Source: an uncultured Bacilli bacterium (lineage in GTDB: Bacteria; Bacillota_I; Bacilli_A; RF39; UBA660). Taken from it: 41,649 nucleotides of DNA. The notes beneath the pieces are model-generated. The model was not told where the DNA came from and did not search any database. It saw only the letters and a program-made list of their open reading frames with translations. The translations under genes were made by a program, and so were the position numbers. This document shows positions 1 through 8,905 of this stretch, piece by piece (positions within the stretch are counted from its first letter, which is position 1; each line of letters starts with the position of its first letter). The stretch covers positions 1 through 41,649 of the forward strand of contig CANRHS010000003.1 in the NCBI GenBank assembly GCA_947630495.1, written 5' to 3'.

Positions 1-3
1 GAT

Positions 4-249
4 ATGAGTAAAGATGATTTAAAATGGGGTCGTTCTTATGTTCGTGAAGAGGAAGAAGAAAGACTTAAACAAACTGCAATTAATATAGCTAGGGAAGATG
101 GCATGGAGCAAAAAGAGCAAGAAATAATAATGAGCATGTACGAAAAAGGCTATGAACTTTCTGAAATCTCTCGAATTTTAAATTTGGGTATTTCTAAAGT
201 CGAACAAATAATTAAAGAAATGAATAACAATAAAGTTAAAAGAAAATAA
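4..249 (+). CDS. Rpn/YhgA (PD-(D/E)XK transposase-like) C-terminal-domain-like small protein, copy 1; possibly the 3' end of a longer ORF
   Basis: Acidic helix, EDG-x-EQK, then an HTH-like tail (MYEKGYELSEISRILNLGISKVEQI) typical of Rpn C-termini. The frame is open to the window edge (gat-ATG). Confidence 0.55.
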   Translation: MSKDDLKWGRSYVREEEEERLKQTAINIAREDGMEQKEQEIIMSMYEKGYELSEISRILNLGISKVEQIIKEMNNNKVKRK

Positions 250-266
250 TCAATTAAGGAGTAAAA

Positions 267-548
267 ATGAGTAAAGATGATTTAAAATGGGGTCGTTCTT
301 ATGTTCGTGAAGAGGAAGAAGAAAGGCTTAGACAAACTGCAATTAATATAGCTAAAAAAAGGGGCCGTGAAGAGGGCAAGGAACTTGGGCTTGAACTTGG
401 AATAGAACAAAAAGAGCATGAAATAATAATGAGTTTGTATGAAGAAGGATTTGACCCTACTTATATATCTAGGATAGTAAAAGTAGATATTTCTAAAGTA
501 GAGCAAATAATTAGAGACTCAAATAACAACAAGATTAAAAGAAAGTAG
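267..548 (+). CDS. Rpn C-terminal-domain-like small protein, copy 2 (RpnS-like)
   Basis: Own RBS (taaggagt). Paralog of 4..249 with GREEGKELGLELGIEQK tetrapeptide repeats and an HTH-like tail. Confidence 0.6.
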   Translation: MSKDDLKWGRSYVREEEEERLRQTAINIAKKRGREEGKELGLELGIEQKEHEIIMSLYEEGFDPTYISRIVKVDISKVEQIIRDSNNNKIKRK

Positions 549-648
549 AATAGATAATTAAAGAATTGGAAGGGAATATTTAATTATTATTTCCTTTTAA
601 TATTCAAAAATTCTGTCAAAATGAAGTGTCAAATAAATGTTTTTGAAC

Positions 649-677
649 TTGTAATATTAAAAAAAATTAGGTATAAT
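649..677 (+). promoter_or_regulatory. sigma-A-type promoter of parEC
   Basis: TTGTAA-17 bp-TATAAT. Confidence 0.6.
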
Positions 678-710
678 ATTAATGGAAAAAATATAGATGG
701 AGTGATAAGA

Positions 711-2621
711 ATGACATACGATGAAAATTCTATAAAAATATTAGAAGGCTTAGAAGCTGTAAGAAAGAGACCTGGTATGTATATTGGGTCAACTGATAAA
801 AGAGGATTACATCATTTAATTTGGGAGATTGTTGATAACTCAATTGATGAAGTAATAAATGGATATGGTAATCATATAATAATTACTATTCATAAAGATA
901 AAAGTGTTGAAATAGAAGACTTTGGAAGAGGGATACCGGTTGGAATGCATGCAAGTGGTATTTCAACACCAGAAGTAATCTATACGGTTTTACATGCCGG
1001 CGGTAAATTTGAGCAAGCTGGTTATAAAGTATCAGGTGGTTTGCATGGAGTTGGAGCTTCCGTTGTAAATGCTTTATCAAGTTGGATGGAAGTTACTATT
1101 AAAAAGGATAAGGGAGAATACTTTATTCGTTTTAAAGATGGAGGAAAAGTAGATGTATCTTTAAAGAAAATTGGAACCACGAATAGAACGGGTACTAAAG
1201 TTAGATTTTTACCAGATGCTAGTATTTTTTCAACGACTAATTTTTCATTTACAACTATATGTGAAAGAATGCAAGAATCAGCTTTCCTTTTAAAAGGTTT
1301 AACAATTGATGTTATTGATTTAGAAGATAATAGAGAAGCTCATTTCTGTTATCAAGATGGAGTTAAAGAGTTTGTTTCTTATTTAAATGAAGATAAAAAT
1401 GCTTTGCATGATGTTGTTTATTTTGAAGGTGATAAAGATAAAATGCATATGCAGATTGCTTTTCAATATACAGACTCTTATAATGAAACAATTGAATCTT
1501 TTGTTAATAATGTTAAAACCGGAGATGGAGGAACGCATGAAGTTGGATTTAAGACAGCTTTAACCAAAGTATTCAATGATTATGCCAGAAATAATGGTTA
1601 TTTAAAAGCGAAAGATAAAAACTTAGAAGGAAGCGATACCCGTGAGGGAATTACTGCAATTATTAGTTTACAAATTCCGGAAGCAATCCTTCAGTTCGAA
1701 GGCCAAACCAAAGGAAAACTAGGAACACCGGCCGCCCGTCCGGCGGTTGAAGCGTTAGTTACAGAAAAACTTCAATTCTTCTTAGAAGAAAATAAAAAAG
1801 TAGCAACTGAGATTATGGATAAAATGGTAAGAAGTAAAATTGCAAGAGAAGCCGCAAGGAAGGCCAGAGATGAAGCAAGAAGCGGAAAAAGTCGTGATAA
1901 GAAAGAAAAACTTTTAAGTGGAAAACTTGCACCGGCTGGTACTAAGAATCCTAAGAAAAATGAACTATATTTAGTTGAGGGTGATTCTGCCGGTGGAAGT
2001 GCTAAAAGTGGACGGGATAGAACTTTCCAAGCCATTTTACCTTTACGTGGAAAAGTTTTGAATACTGAAAAAACTAGGATGGAAGAATTATTTAAAAATG
2101 AAGAAATAAGTACAATTATTCATACAATTGGAGCAGGAGTTGGAGCTGAGTTTGAACCTGATGAATCAAATTATGATAAAATAATTATCATGACCGATGC
2201 TGATGATGATGGTGCCCATATCCAAATACTACTACTTACATTCTTCTATCGTTATATGCGAGGTTTAATTGAAGAGGGAAAACTATATATTGCTTTACCA
2301 CCTTTATATAAAATAGATTATAATAAAAAAACATTCTATGCTTGGGATGATATGGAAAAAGATAATATCATGAATAAAGAAAAAGGAAAAGCCACGAATG
2401 TCCAAAGATACAAAGGATTAGGTGAAATGAACGCTGAACAATTATGGGAAACAACAATGAACCCAGATACAAGAAGTTTAATTAAAGTAACTATAACAGA
2501 CGCCTTACTTGCTGAAAAAAGAGTAAGTGTTTTAATGGGCGATAAAGTTGAACCAAGAAAAGAGTGGATTGAAGAAAATATTGAATTTTCACTTGAAGAT
2601 AATTACGTGATAGGGAAGTGA
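711..2621 (+). CDS. parE: DNA topoisomerase IV subunit B
   Basis: LEAVRKRPGMYIGST, EIVDNSIDE, GGLHGVGASVVNALS, Toprim VEGDSAGGSAK, PLRGK, MTDADDDG. Firmicute ParE-type C-terminus LMGDKVEPRKEWIE. Start moved to ATG 711 behind GGAGTGA. Confidence 0.93.
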   Translation: MTYDENSIKILEGLEAVRKRPGMYIGSTDKRGLHHLIWEIVDNSIDEVINGYGNHIIITIHKDKSVEIEDFGRGIPVGMHASGISTPEVIYTVLHAGGKFEQAGYKVSGGLHGVGASVVNALSSWMEVTIKKDKGEYFIRFKDGGKVDVSLKKIGTTNRTGTKVRFLPDASIFSTTNFSFTTICERMQESAFLLKGLTIDVIDLEDNREAHFCYQDGVKEFVSYLNEDKNALHDVVYFEGDKDKMHMQIAFQYTDSYNETIESFVNNVKTGDGGTHEVGFKTALTKVFNDYARNNGYLKAKDKNLEGSDTREGITAIISLQIPEAILQFEGQTKGKLGTPAARPAVEALVTEKLQFFLEENKKVATEIMDKMVRSKIAREAARKARDEARSGKSRDKKEKLLSGKLAPAGTKNPKKNELYLVEGDSAGGSAKSGRDRTFQAILPLRGKVLNTEKTRMEELFKNEEISTIIHTIGAGVGAEFEPDESNYDKIIIMTDADDDGAHIQILLLTFFYRYMRGLIEEGKLYIALPPLYKIDYNKKTFYAWDDMEKDNIMNKEKGKATNVQRYKGLGEMNAEQLWETTMNPDTRSLIKVTITDALLAEKRVSVLMGDKVEPRKEWIEENIEFSLEDNYVIGK

Positions 2622-2623
2622 TA

Positions 2624-5131
2624 ATGATGGATAATGAACTAATTAAAAAAATATACGATAAAACCCTTGAAGATATCATGGAGGATAGATTTTCAAGATA
2701 TGCTAAAGCGATAATTCAAGATAGAGCCATCCCGGATGTAAGAGATGGTTTGAAACCAGTTCAAAGAAGAATTTTATATGGTATGTATAATGACCATAAT
2801 ACTTATGATAAACCAACTAGAAAAAGTGCTAAAACGGTTGGTAGTATAATGGGTAACTTCCACCCTCATGGGGATTCGTCTATCTATGATGCGATGGTTA
2901 GAATGAGTCAATGGTGGAAACAAAATACCCCTTATATTGAAATGCAAGGTAACAATGGTAGTATGGATGGAGATTCAGCTGCTGCTATGCGTTACACGGA
3001 AGCAAGACTATCAAAAATAAGCAATGAACTTTTAAAAGATATTGAAAAAGATACCGTTACTTGGGCTCCTAACTTTGATGATACAATGATGGAACCAACT
3101 GTTTTACCGGCTAAGTTCCCGAATCTTTTAGTAAATGGTTCAACAGGAATTTCAGCCGGATATGCAACCAATATCCCTCCTCATAACTTAGGAGAAGTAA
3201 TTGATGCAACTATCAAAAGAATTGATAATCCAAATTGCAGGGAAGAAACAATATTCGAGATTATCAAAGGACCAGATTTTCCAACGGGAGGAATTGCATC
3301 CGGTATTGTTGGAATTAGAGAAGCCCTTAAAACCGGACGTGGAAAGGTAGTTGTTCGAAGTAAAGTTGATTATGTTAAAGAAAAAGGCAAAGAACAATTA
3401 ATTGTAAGAGAAATCCCCTTTGATGTTAATAAAGCAATGCTAGTTAAACGTATGAGTGAACTAGTTCTTGATAAAAAAATTGATGGAGTCATTGAAATTC
3501 GTGATGAATCAGATAGACATGACCCTGTTCGAATAGTTATTGATTTAAAGAAAGGTGCTAATAAAGATTTAGTCTTAAATTATTTCTATAAAAATAGTGA
3601 TCTTCAAATAAACTATAACTACAACATGGTTGCAATTGTTGATAGGTGCCCAATGACTTTAGGAGTTGTAAGTATCTTGGACGCCTACATCAAACACTTT
3701 AAAGAAGTAATCACCAGAAGAACAAACTTTGATCTTGAAACAGCTAAAAAAAGAATGCATGTCGTTGAAGGTATGATAAAAGCAATTTCGATCCTTGATC
3801 AAGTAATTAAAACTATCAGGGCTTCAAAAAATAAAGCTGATGCTATTCTTAATTTACAAAAAGAATATGATTTTTCAGAAATTCAAGCTGATTATATAGT
3901 TACTTTACAATTATATCGTTTAACTAACTCCGATATTGAAGACTTTATCAATGAATATAATAACTTAAAGAAATTAATTGAAGAATTAGAAGCAATCTTA
4001 GGATCAGAAGATAAATTAAAGGATGTTATGAAACAAGAATTAAGAAATATTAAGAAAGAATATGCAACAGAGAGAAAAACCCAAATTGAAGATGAAGTTT
4101 TAGATATTACAATTGATGAAAAAGCCATGATTCCAAAAGAGGATGTTATTGTTTTAGTAACAAGAGATGGTTATATTAAGAGATGTAGTATGCGATCTTT
4201 CTCATCAACTGACTCAGAACCTACTTTAAAAGATAATGATTATCCAATTGGAATTTATGAGGCAAGTACACTTGATACAATTTTATTATTCACAAATCTT
4301 GGTAACTTCTTATATATTCCGGTTTATACAATTCCAGATATTAAATGGAAAGATTTAGGAAAACATGTAAGTAATTTAGTACCTCTTGCAAGTGGTGAAG
4401 AAATTATTTCAGCAATTAGAGTCGAGAAGTTTGAAAGTGATATTGATATTACTTTAGCATCTAAAAATGGTATGATAAAACGTACTAAATTAAATGAGTT
4501 TAAACTACTTCGTTATAATAAGGCAGTTAACTGTATGAAGTTAAAAGAGGATGATCGAATGATCGAGGCTTTTATTTCAAAAGCTAATAATATCTTTGTT
4601 GCAACAGAAAAAGGATATGGCCTTTGGTATGATATTACAGAGATACCAGTTGTTGGTCTTAGAACCAGTGGCGTTAAATCAATTAATTTAAAAGATGATT
4701 TAGTAGTATCTGTTAATAACTTTAATGAAATAGATTATATATCTTTAATTACAAACAAAAAAACTGGTAAACGGATCAGAATAAGTGAATTTGAAAAATC
4801 AACTCGTGCAAGACGTGGTTTAATGATAATTAAAGAAGTAAAGAGTAATCCTTATAAAGTTTTAAAAACATTTGCCGTAAGTAATAATACCCATTTAGTT
4901 TTAAGAAGTGACACAATCGACAAAATAAAAATAACTGAATTACCTATTCTTGATAGATATAGTGTAGGTTCAGTTATAAGCAAAAAACAAATAACGGATG
5001 TATCAGTTGATACTACTCTTCTTAAAAAAGAAGATGACATTGAGGTTATAATTTCAGATGCACCTGTTAAACCAAGACCATCTTTAAAAGAAATAGATGA
5101 GAAATTATTAACAATAGATGACTTTTTATAG
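2624..5131 (+). CDS. parC: DNA topoisomerase IV subunit A
   Basis: RAIPDVRDGLKPVQRR, HPHGDSSIY, active-site AAMRYTEARL, beta-pinwheel C-terminus. Follows parE. Start could be 2618, 2624 or 2627. Confidence 0.92.
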   Translation: MMDNELIKKIYDKTLEDIMEDRFSRYAKAIIQDRAIPDVRDGLKPVQRRILYGMYNDHNTYDKPTRKSAKTVGSIMGNFHPHGDSSIYDAMVRMSQWWKQNTPYIEMQGNNGSMDGDSAAAMRYTEARLSKISNELLKDIEKDTVTWAPNFDDTMMEPTVLPAKFPNLLVNGSTGISAGYATNIPPHNLGEVIDATIKRIDNPNCREETIFEIIKGPDFPTGGIASGIVGIREALKTGRGKVVVRSKVDYVKEKGKEQLIVREIPFDVNKAMLVKRMSELVLDKKIDGVIEIRDESDRHDPVRIVIDLKKGANKDLVLNYFYKNSDLQINYNYNMVAIVDRCPMTLGVVSILDAYIKHFKEVITRRTNFDLETAKKRMHVVEGMIKAISILDQVIKTIRASKNKADAILNLQKEYDFSEIQADYIVTLQLYRLTNSDIEDFINEYNNLKKLIEELEAILGSEDKLKDVMKQELRNIKKEYATERKTQIEDEVLDITIDEKAMIPKEDVIVLVTRDGYIKRCSMRSFSSTDSEPTLKDNDYPIGIYEASTLDTILLFTNLGNFLYIPVYTIPDIKWKDLGKHVSNLVPLASGEEIISAIRVEKFESDIDITLASKNGMIKRTKLNEFKLLRYNKAVNCMKLKEDDRMIEAFISKANNIFVATEKGYGLWYDITEIPVVGLRTSGVKSINLKDDLVVSVNNFNEIDYISLITNKKTGKRIRISEFEKSTRARRGLMIIKEVKSNPYKVLKTFAVSNNTHLVLRSDTIDKIKITELPILDRYSVGSVISKKQITDVSVDTTLLKKEDDIEVIISDAPVKPRPSLKEIDEKLLTIDDFL

Positions 5132-5153
5132 AAACCAAATTAGGTTTCTTTTT
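5130..5153 (+). terminator. Rho-independent terminator of parEC
   Basis: AGAAACC-aaatta-GGTTTCT followed by a T run. Confidence 0.7.
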
Positions 5154-5237
5154 CTATATAAAATCAGATATAATTATCACAAATTTTTATGGCTATCATG
5201 AATTTTTCAATTTTTTTCAGAAATTTAAAAATGAACC

Positions 5238-5266
5238 TTGTTTTTTTGTTATAGATATGTTATGTT
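5238..5266 (+). promoter_or_regulatory. promoter of putative type I toxin mRNA
   Basis: TTGTTT-17 bp-TATGTT with an extended TG; implied start about 5273-5275, where the 5' pairing arm begins. Confidence 0.55.
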
Positions 5267-5375
5267 AGTATCATGGATATATCTAATTCGTTAGGTGCTA
5301 ATCCTTTATAGACAAATTATGAAACCATCTAGGAGTTGCAATCTAAAAATATTCTATAGAGGAGGTGATATCATA

Positions 5376-5477
5376 ATGCAAAGAGAATTTTTTCCTTCGG
5401 CTTGTGATTTTACTACTTTTTGCGGTAGTATTCTCCTTGGTTTTTGCATCATAGGAAAAGCAAAAAAGGCACACTAA
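5376..5477 (+). CDS. putative type I toxin-like small peptide (33 aa as read; the 25-aa hydrophobic form MQREFFLRLVILLLFAVVFSLVFAS needs removal of one T and ends at 5454)
   Basis: Strong SD GGAGGTGA at 5361-5368 and ATG at 5376. Lies in a transcript with 5'-3' long-range pairing and a convergent antisense promoter. Confidence 0.55.
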   Translation: MQREFFPSACDFTTFCGSILLGFCIIGKAKKAH

Positions 5478-5574
5478 CGATTGTCTACGTTGGTGTGCCT
5501 TCCCCTTTAGGGATTAGTACCTAACTCTTGACAATTAGGTATATCCTTTATTAATATATGAAGTAACTCTTCAT
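5461..5574 (-). ncRNA. putative antisense antitoxin RNA (about 115 nt)
   Basis: Minus-strand promoter TTGTTA(5609-5604)-17 bp-TATTAT(5586-5581) with TG. Hairpin 5466-5501 followed by a U run on the minus strand (A6 at 5462-5467). Overlaps the 3' end of the peptide mRNA. Confidence 0.55.
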
Positions 5575-5627
5575 GTATACATAATATCATAAATTTTTAG
5601 TTTTAACAAGTATTTTTCAGAAAAATG

Positions 5628-5656
5628 TTGATTTTAAATAGTTTATTCTATATAAT
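5628..5656 (+). promoter_or_regulatory. sigma-A promoter of rel
   Basis: TTGATT-17 bp-TATAAT. Confidence 0.65.
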
Positions 5657-5679
5657 ATTAAGGTAGGTAGGTGATATAG

Positions 5680-7137
5680 ATGAGTGCAATTTCTTATAAT
5701 GATTTAGAAAAATTAGTTTTATCCTATGCTCCTTTTGATGTACCTAAGTTAAGGAAAGCTTATGAATATGCTAAAAAGCATCATCAAGACCAATTAAGAG
5801 CAAGTGGAGAACCTTATATAATTCATCCCATAAATGTTACATACTTTTTAGCATCCATGCATGCTGATATTGACACTTTATGTGCCGCGATGCTTCATGA
5901 TGTTGTTGAAGATACAGAGTCAACCTTAGATGATGTTGCTAAAAAATTTAATCAAACTGTTCGTGATTTAGTTGATGGAGTTACGAAGATGACGAAGTTA
6001 GATTTAAACAATAAAAAAGAACTTTCAGCAATTAACTTAAGAAGAATAATTGTAAGTTTAGCAAGAGATCCAAGAATAATTATTATTAAACTAGCTGATA
6101 GACTACATAATATGCGAACGCTTGAATATAAAAGTCTAAAAAAGCAACAATCAAAAGCCCTTGAAACCTTAGAAATATATGTACCATTAGCCTACTATAT
6201 AGGAGCTTCTAAAATAAAAGATGAATTAGAAAACATTGCTTTTCAATATTTAAAACCTAGTTTATATGGAGATATTAATAAAAAACGAGAAGATTTAAAG
6301 AAAGAAACAAAAGATATTTTAGAAGAAACGAAAAGAGAAGTTGAAGCAATATTTAAGAAAAATGGAGTTAAAGCTAAATTTGAAATAAGATATAAAGATA
6401 ATTATAGTATTTATAAAAAAATGCTTACCAAAGTTAACTTTGAAATGATTCATGATTTAATGTGTATTAAAGTATTAGTAAAAAATGTTAAAGATTGTTA
6501 TCTTGCTTTAATGTTAATTCATGAACATTTTACGCCAATTAATAGTAGATTTAAAGATTATATTGCAAAACCTAAAACCAATATGTATAGATCAATTCAT
6601 ACAACTGTATTTGGAAAAGATAATCATTTACTTCAGTTTCAAATAAGAACCTTTGATATGGAAAGAGTTGCTATATTTGGACTTACTTCTTATTGGTTTA
6701 AGTATAAAAATACAGCTCGTGATTTAATGAAAAAAGATTTAGAAGATAATTTTCAGTTCTTTAAATCTATTAAAGAATTAGATAGTACAATTCTTGATAA
6801 TATCGAGTTTGTTTCAAGTATTAAAAAAGAATTATTTGGAAGTAATATCTATGTTTATACAACAAACGGAGAAGTAATCGAGCTTCCAAATGGAGCAACG
6901 GTTATTGACTTTGCTTATAAAATTCATACGGATGTTGGAAATTCGATGGTTGCAGCGATTGTTAATGATGAAGCAGTATCACTTGATTATGTCTTAGAAA
7001 ATCAAGATCGAGTTAGAATAATAACTGATAGTACAGCTTATATTCCAAAAGAAGAATGGTTAGATAAAGTTGTAACGACAACAGCGAAAAATAAAATATT
7101 AGAATTTATCAAAGAAGATGAAAGTGTTGACAAATAA
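5680..7137 (+). CDS. RelA/SpoT homolog (HD hydrolase, synthetase-like and TGS domains; no ZFD/ACT)
   Basis: RASGEPYIIHP, LHDVVEDT, IKLADRLHNMRTL, KDYIAKPK..YRSIHTTV, TGS motif GATVIDFAYKIHTDVG; only 485 aa. Confidence 0.9.
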   Translation: MSAISYNDLEKLVLSYAPFDVPKLRKAYEYAKKHHQDQLRASGEPYIIHPINVTYFLASMHADIDTLCAAMLHDVVEDTESTLDDVAKKFNQTVRDLVDGVTKMTKLDLNNKKELSAINLRRIIVSLARDPRIIIIKLADRLHNMRTLEYKSLKKQQSKALETLEIYVPLAYYIGASKIKDELENIAFQYLKPSLYGDINKKREDLKKETKDILEETKREVEAIFKKNGVKAKFEIRYKDNYSIYKKMLTKVNFEMIHDLMCIKVLVKNVKDCYLALMLIHEHFTPINSRFKDYIAKPKTNMYRSIHTTVFGKDNHLLQFQIRTFDMERVAIFGLTSYWFKYKNTARDLMKKDLEDNFQFFKSIKELDSTILDNIEFVSSIKKELFGSNIYVYTTNGEVIELPNGATVIDFAYKIHTDVGNSMVAAIVNDEAVSLDYVLENQDRVRIITDSTAYIPKEEWLDKVVTTTAKNKILEFIKEDESVDK

Positions 7138-7155
7138 GAAAAATTAAGATAAGAT
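7127..7155 (+). promoter_or_regulatory. promoter of gltX overlapping the rel stop
   Basis: TTGACA-17 bp-TAAGAT. Confidence 0.6.
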
Positions 7156-7178
7156 ATAAAAGTTTTTAAGGAGGACTT

Positions 7179-8849
7179 ATGAATAATGATAAATTAACAG
7201 AACTTGCAGATTTAATGTTTCCTGATGTAACTAAAACAATTGAAGATTATGAAAAAATGTATCCTGAAAGGAATTTGCCAGAGGGGGCTATTGTTACAAG
7301 ATTTGCACCTAGTCCTACGGGGTTCGTGCACATGGGAAGTTTACTTGGAGCCTTTCAAGCCTATAAAGTAGCTAAGGAAACAAATGGAGTATTCTATCTT
7401 CGAATTGAAGATACTGACCAAAAAAGAAGTGTTGAAAATGGAATTGTTGGTATTTTAAATGATTTAAAAAACTTTGATATTGTGCCAGACGAAGGAATGA
7501 TTGATGAAGAACATAGTATTGGAAATTATGGACCTTATATTCAAAGTGAAAGAATGGAAATCTATCATACTTTCGCAAAAGACTTAGTTTTAAGAGGTCT
7601 TGCTTATCCTTGTTTTTGTAAACCAGAAGAATTAGAAGAAACAAGAGAGATTCAAGAATTAAATAAAGAAAGAATTGGTTACTATGGTTCATTTGCTAAA
7701 TGTCGGACGATGGACATTGATGAAGCAATTACAAGAATTAAAAATGGGGAAGAGTTTACCGTAAGACTAAAATCTCCTGGTGACTTCAACAAAAAAATTG
7801 TTTTAAATGATTTAGCAAGAGGCGAAATTGAATTTCCAGAAAATGATTTAGATGTTATTTTAATAAAATCAACTGATAAACTTCCAACTTATCATTTTGC
7901 TCATTTAGTAGATGACCATTTAATGCGAACAACTCATATTATGAGAGGAGAAGAGTGGATAGCATCATTTCCGATTCATGATCAATTATTCTCAATCTTT
8001 GGCTTTGAAAAACCAAAATATGCCCATCTTGGCTTAGTTATGAAAATCGATGAAAATGGTGTAAGACGCAAGTTATCTAAAAGAAAAGACCCGGAAGCAA
8101 GTGTTGAATATTATCATAAAGAAGGAATACCAAAAGATGCAGTTAAACTTTATTTAATGACTATCGCAAACTCGAACTTTGAAGAGTGGTTGGATAATAA
8201 TCCTGATGGTGATATCAATGATTTTAAATATGATTTTAAAAAGATAAGTGCCAGTGGAACTCTATTTGATACAGCCAAACTCTTTAACATATCTAAAAAT
8301 TACTTTGGTAAAATGAAGGCCGAGGAAATATACGATAATCTTCTTGTTTGGACAGATGAATTTGATAAAGAGTTCCATGATATACTAGTTAAACATAAAG
8401 ATTATGCTATTAAAGTATTCAATATTGAAAGAGAAGTTGAAAAGCCAAGAAAAGATTATGTAAGTTATTCAAGTATTAAAAACTTTGTTTTCTATATGTT
8501 TCCTGAATATTTTGAAAATCCTAACTATGAATTTAATAAAATAACAGATAAAGAAGAAATAGTAAATATCTTAAATACTTATTATGATAAATATTTAGAT
8601 TTATCTGATAAAGATATTTGGTTTACTAAAGTAAAAGAGATGTGTGATAGTCTAGGGTATGCATCAAATATTAAAGAATATAAGAAGAATCCTGATGCTT
8701 ATAAAGGAAATGTCTCAGATGTAACCGGAGTAATTAGAGTTAGTTTAACTAGTAAAACAAATACCCCTGACTTATATGAAATAATGAAGTTATTAGGTCT
8801 TGATGAAATAAAAGAAAGATTTACTAAATGTATTAATAATATAAAATAA
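7179..8849 (+). CDS. gltX: glutamate--tRNA ligase
   Basis: TRFAPSPTGFVHMG (HIGH), LRIEDTD, YGPYIQSER, KLSKR (KMSKS). Confidence 0.93.
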   Translation: MNNDKLTELADLMFPDVTKTIEDYEKMYPERNLPEGAIVTRFAPSPTGFVHMGSLLGAFQAYKVAKETNGVFYLRIEDTDQKRSVENGIVGILNDLKNFDIVPDEGMIDEEHSIGNYGPYIQSERMEIYHTFAKDLVLRGLAYPCFCKPEELEETREIQELNKERIGYYGSFAKCRTMDIDEAITRIKNGEEFTVRLKSPGDFNKKIVLNDLARGEIEFPENDLDVILIKSTDKLPTYHFAHLVDDHLMRTTHIMRGEEWIASFPIHDQLFSIFGFEKPKYAHLGLVMKIDENGVRRKLSKRKDPEASVEYYHKEGIPKDAVKLYLMTIANSNFEEWLDNNPDGDINDFKYDFKKISASGTLFDTAKLFNISKNYFGKMKAEEIYDNLLVWTDEFDKEFHDILVKHKDYAIKVFNIEREVEKPRKDYVSYSSIKNFVFYMFPEYFENPNYEFNKITDKEEIVNILNTYYDKYLDLSDKDIWFTKVKEMCDSLGYASNIKEYKKNPDAYKGNVSDVTGVIRVSLTSKTNTPDLYEIMKLLGLDEIKERFTKCINNIK

Positions 8850-8854
8850 AAAAT

Positions 8855-8881
8855 AAAGCACACTCATTAAATGTGTGTTTT
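8855..8881 (+). terminator. probable terminator after gltX
   Basis: AAAGCACAC...GTGTGTTTT hairpin. Confidence 0.5.
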
Positions 8882-8905
8882 AGTGTTATATAGAAGGAGA
8901 TAGAT

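Noticed and set aside
621-710. N-terminal extension of parE
   Set aside because: It overlaps the promoter. The SD and homology start at ATG 711.
711-5131. gyrB-gyrA assignment
   Set aside because: The B-subunit C-terminus is ParE-type and I saw no GyrA-box in the A subunit.
5295-5375. GTG-started 60-aa version of the small ORF
   Set aside because: No SD before 5295 and it lies in the paired 5' arm. The strong SD points to ATG 5376.
5275-5546. 6S RNA, tmRNA or RNase P interpretation of the end-paired RNA
   Set aside because: About 270 nt with an internal SD and ORF and a convergent promoter. It has no tRNA-like ends or RNase P P4 motif and is longer than a typical 6S RNA. Not formally excluded without an Rfam scan.
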